A stretch of 64,000 nucleotides of DNA, taken from the IMG/VR virus record IMGVR_UViG_3300029288_000146; one strand, written 5' to 3'. This DNA comes from an uncultured virus (IMG/VR IMGVR_UViG_3300029288_000146). Lineage: Duplodnaviria; Heunggongvirae; Uroviricota; Caudoviricetes. The notes under the pieces are model-generated. The model did not search any database. It was not told where the DNA came from and saw only the letters and a program-made list of their open reading frames with translations. Position numbers and translations under genes: made by a program. Positions 61,756 to 64,000 of this stretch are shown piece after piece (within the stretch, counting starts at the first letter, position 1; each line of letters begins with the position of its first letter).

Positions 61756-64000
61756 TTACGTCGCGCTGGCTACTTCTTCAGCCGTGACGTTGTACTGTCT
61801 CGTTTGCAGTGTTTGGTCGAATCCGTTAAAGGTAATCCCCATGACTATCTCGGGTTCTCGTAAACTACTCGCCACTACCTGCATGTGGAGCTTCACTCCG
61901 GGTTCCCACGGCGAACAAACCACCTCGCCGTCTTCAGCATTGAGCTGATGTTCATATAACCTACTCACGGCGATCTGTTGCGCATCCCAACCATCGAGCG
62001 CCATCTCTTCCTCGATGATGTCCTCTGGGCTCACGTACTCCATCATCCGCTCTAAGGCATTGATGGCGAAGAGGTCGCGCCAGACACCGTTGAGGTCGAG
62101 CATCCAGCGCCGCAGTCCCCCGAGTTCGTCACCATCCGCGAGTCCGGCGGGGAGCGCGGTGGTCATTACCACATCGGCACCCGAGACGCTATCGACCGTA
62201 CAGGTGGCAGTGAATGGCAGGCCGTCCGATGTATCCCAGAAGCTCACGGTATCCCCGGCCGTGTACTTAGCCGCTAGTTGGGCTCCGCTGTGGGTAGCCG
62301 ATGCCGCGAGAGTCACAGTGTTGGCTCCCGCCGTGACGGTTCCGATGATGCCGCCCTGATCGGTCAGGGAAGCGAACGGCCGCTGGTCGATGTACGGCGT
62401 GATCTGCCCAGTGGGTGAACCGGCTGTGGCGGAACTGTTCTCGTCATTGGCGGTGTAGCGAATGTCGGGTTTCCGGTAAGCCTGGAAGTCAAGCACCGGT
62501 ATATCCCGCCGGCGGGTTGGGGTGTTACCCGAGCCCTCGCCCTGCTTGTAAAAGAACGGGCGGTCGCACACGAGGCGGATATACCTAAAGCGTTTAATGA
62601 GGTCGCAGTCGAATAGCGCCTCGCCGCTGTTGGGCTTCTGAGGGTCGAACTGCCGTCCGGCGAGCTGCTTGGAACACGGCGCATAGGAGTCGGCGGGAGC
62701 TGAGGCGCTACGCACAGTGGCGGTGAACATCGGAAGCTCGTGCTGGATATACGAGGAGAACAACTCGGCGTCGATGTAGTCTTCGCAGTAACCCACGCGC
62801 AGTAGGATTTGGTCAACGTCAGTGTCAGCTCCCAAGTCCCATTCGGCCACCGTCCAAGGAACCGTGAACCCCCAGTCTTCGGGGTCGGTATCCACCAGCC
62901 CAGCCCCCGTCCTTTCCCGGTAGATAACGTAGCCGGTGTCGGGAGTGTTGTCGCACATGCCGTACTCGGGGTGCGCAGCATCGCTGTGGTTTCCCCATTC
63001 GCTGGCGGATGTCGGCGGGTCGATGTCGAAGTTGTTGTACGAGAGGTTGGCGGAGGTTAGCAGCGGAAAGACCTGATCGGCCGTGGAAATCACTTCAACG
63101 CGGCGGTATTGGGTTTCCATGGTCGTCACATGGTCGATGGAGATTTTGCGGTTGGAGATATCGATGGCATAGGCGTAGACATAATCATTCGCCACCATGG
63201 CTGTGGCGTCCCCCACCACGGTTATGCACTCGCTTGCATACGTGATCTCTTCGATGTCGAAAAACTCATAGGTTCCGGAGCTGTTCTTCCACGTGATGGT
63301 TTCACCCGGGTAGAAGCCATCCACATCATCCAGGCGGATATCCGTATACCCTGTGGCTCCAGCGGCAACAGACGAGACGACTCCACGTGTCTGCCGGACT
63401 TGACGCCCGCGCACGACGTTGTTCTCCGCATCGAGCCAGACGTGGTAGTTACGGGGTAGGAGGTTGTTGTCGTACATCCACTGGAGCAGGCTGGCGATGG
63501 TTCCCTCTTCCTTGTCCCACGTCAGACGTTGAACCTGTAGGCCCGTGTACTCAAGCGTCGGGTACGTCAGACTGCCGGATGCCGCGAGTCCGCTGAAGTC
63601 GTTGTCCTCGTCGTCGTTGACGATCATCAGGGTTGTGGTGTCGCGGATTTCGCGGATGAAGTAGGTGGCGCCGCCGATAACAATGTCCGTGTAGTTGGCG
63701 AGCCCCGCAGTGGTATCCCCGCCAGTCAGGGTAATCGCGCAGGCGTTGTGCTTCCCCCCGAGGATTCGCATGTCCGCGATGAGCCCCGTGGGAGCGCTGT
63801 GCAGAGTTAGCGTGTCCCCGGCGATGGAGTCTACGGTGTTTGTTTGTGCGGTTCCCCATAGGTCGGTATAGGTGATGGTGCCTGAGGGAGCGAAGCCCCC
63901 GCCGTCCGAAACCACAATGTCGGCGCCACTCACCGAGATAACCCGCATACCCTCGTCTATGCGGTCGGTGATGTATTCCTCGCTGCCTTTCGTATAGGAG
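61756..64000 (-). CDS. Large minor tail protein (5' end beyond the window)
   Basis: Acidic, T/G-rich; frame stays open to position 64000. Confidence 0.7.
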   Translation of the reverse strand, partial: SYTKGSEEYITDRIDEGMRVISVSGADIVVSDGGGFAPSGTITYTDLWGTAQTNTVDSIAGDTLTLHSAPTGLIADMRILGGKHNACAITLTGGDTTAGLANYTDIVIGGATYFIREIRDTTTLMIVNDDEDNDFSGLAASGSLTYPTLEYTGLQVQRLTWDKEEGTIASLLQWMYDNNLLPRNYHVWLDAENNVVRGRQVRQTRGVVSSVAAGATGYTDIRLDDVDGFYPGETITWKNSSGTYEFFDIEEITYASECITVVGDATAMVANDYVYAYAIDISNRKISIDHVTTMETQYRRVEVISTADQVFPLLTSANLSYNNFDIDPPTSASEWGNHSDAAHPEYGMCDNTPDTGYVIYRERTGAGLVDTDPEDWGFTVPWTVAEWDLGADTDVDQILLRVGYCEDYIDAELFSSYIQHELPMFTATVRSASAPADSYAPCSKQLAGRQFDPQKPNSGEALFDCDLIKRFRYIRLVCDRPFFYKQGEGSGNTPTRRRDIPVLDFQAYRKPDIRYTANDENSSATAGSPTGQITPYIDQRPFASLTDQGGIIGTVTAGANTVTLAASATHSGAQLAAKYTAGDTVSFWDTSDGLPFTATCTVDSVSGADVVMTTALPAGLADGDELGGLRRWMLDLNGVWRDLFAINALERMMEYVSPEDIIEEEMALDGWDAQQIAVSRLYEHQLNAEDGEVVCSPWEPGVKLHMQVVASSLREPEIVMGITFNGFDQTLQTRQYNVTAEEVASAT

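Larger units (their letters stand above)
1..64000. mobile_element. Tailed dsDNA phage / prophage genome segment
   Basis: TerL, portal, tail and endolysin genes, a replication/recombination module, tyrosine recombinases and dense small overlapping ORFs; no block of host housekeeping genes. Confidence 0.95.

Overview
GC-rich tailed dsDNA phage (or prophage) DNA, probably most of one genome, cut inside the structural module. The left end carries terminase and portal genes (minus strand). The right end carries tail, tail-fibre and lysis genes (minus strand). Between them lie: (i) a non-coding origin/pac-like region at 7.4-8.4 kb; (ii) a plus-strand early region at 8.4-17.8 kb with small genes, a DnaN clamp fused to a coiled coil, an excisionase-like HTH and two tandem tyrosine recombinases, all studded with a polar AGCAGAGT motif; (iii) a long minus-strand replication/recombination arm (sigma-like proteins, N4/N6 DNA methylase, initiator + DnaB, RusA, PD-(D/E)XK nuclease, SMC-like and AAA ATPases); (iv) a divergent-promoter switch with no recognisable CI repressor, driving two lipoproteins followed by an ~800-nt array of different long RNA hairpins punctuated by TTTGAAAACAT (best novelty candidate); (v) an accessory block with PncA+PncB NAD salvage, RNA ligase, phosphoesterase, GNAT, endolysin and a sugar-modification cluster. 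All calls come from motif recognition by eye; no searches were run.
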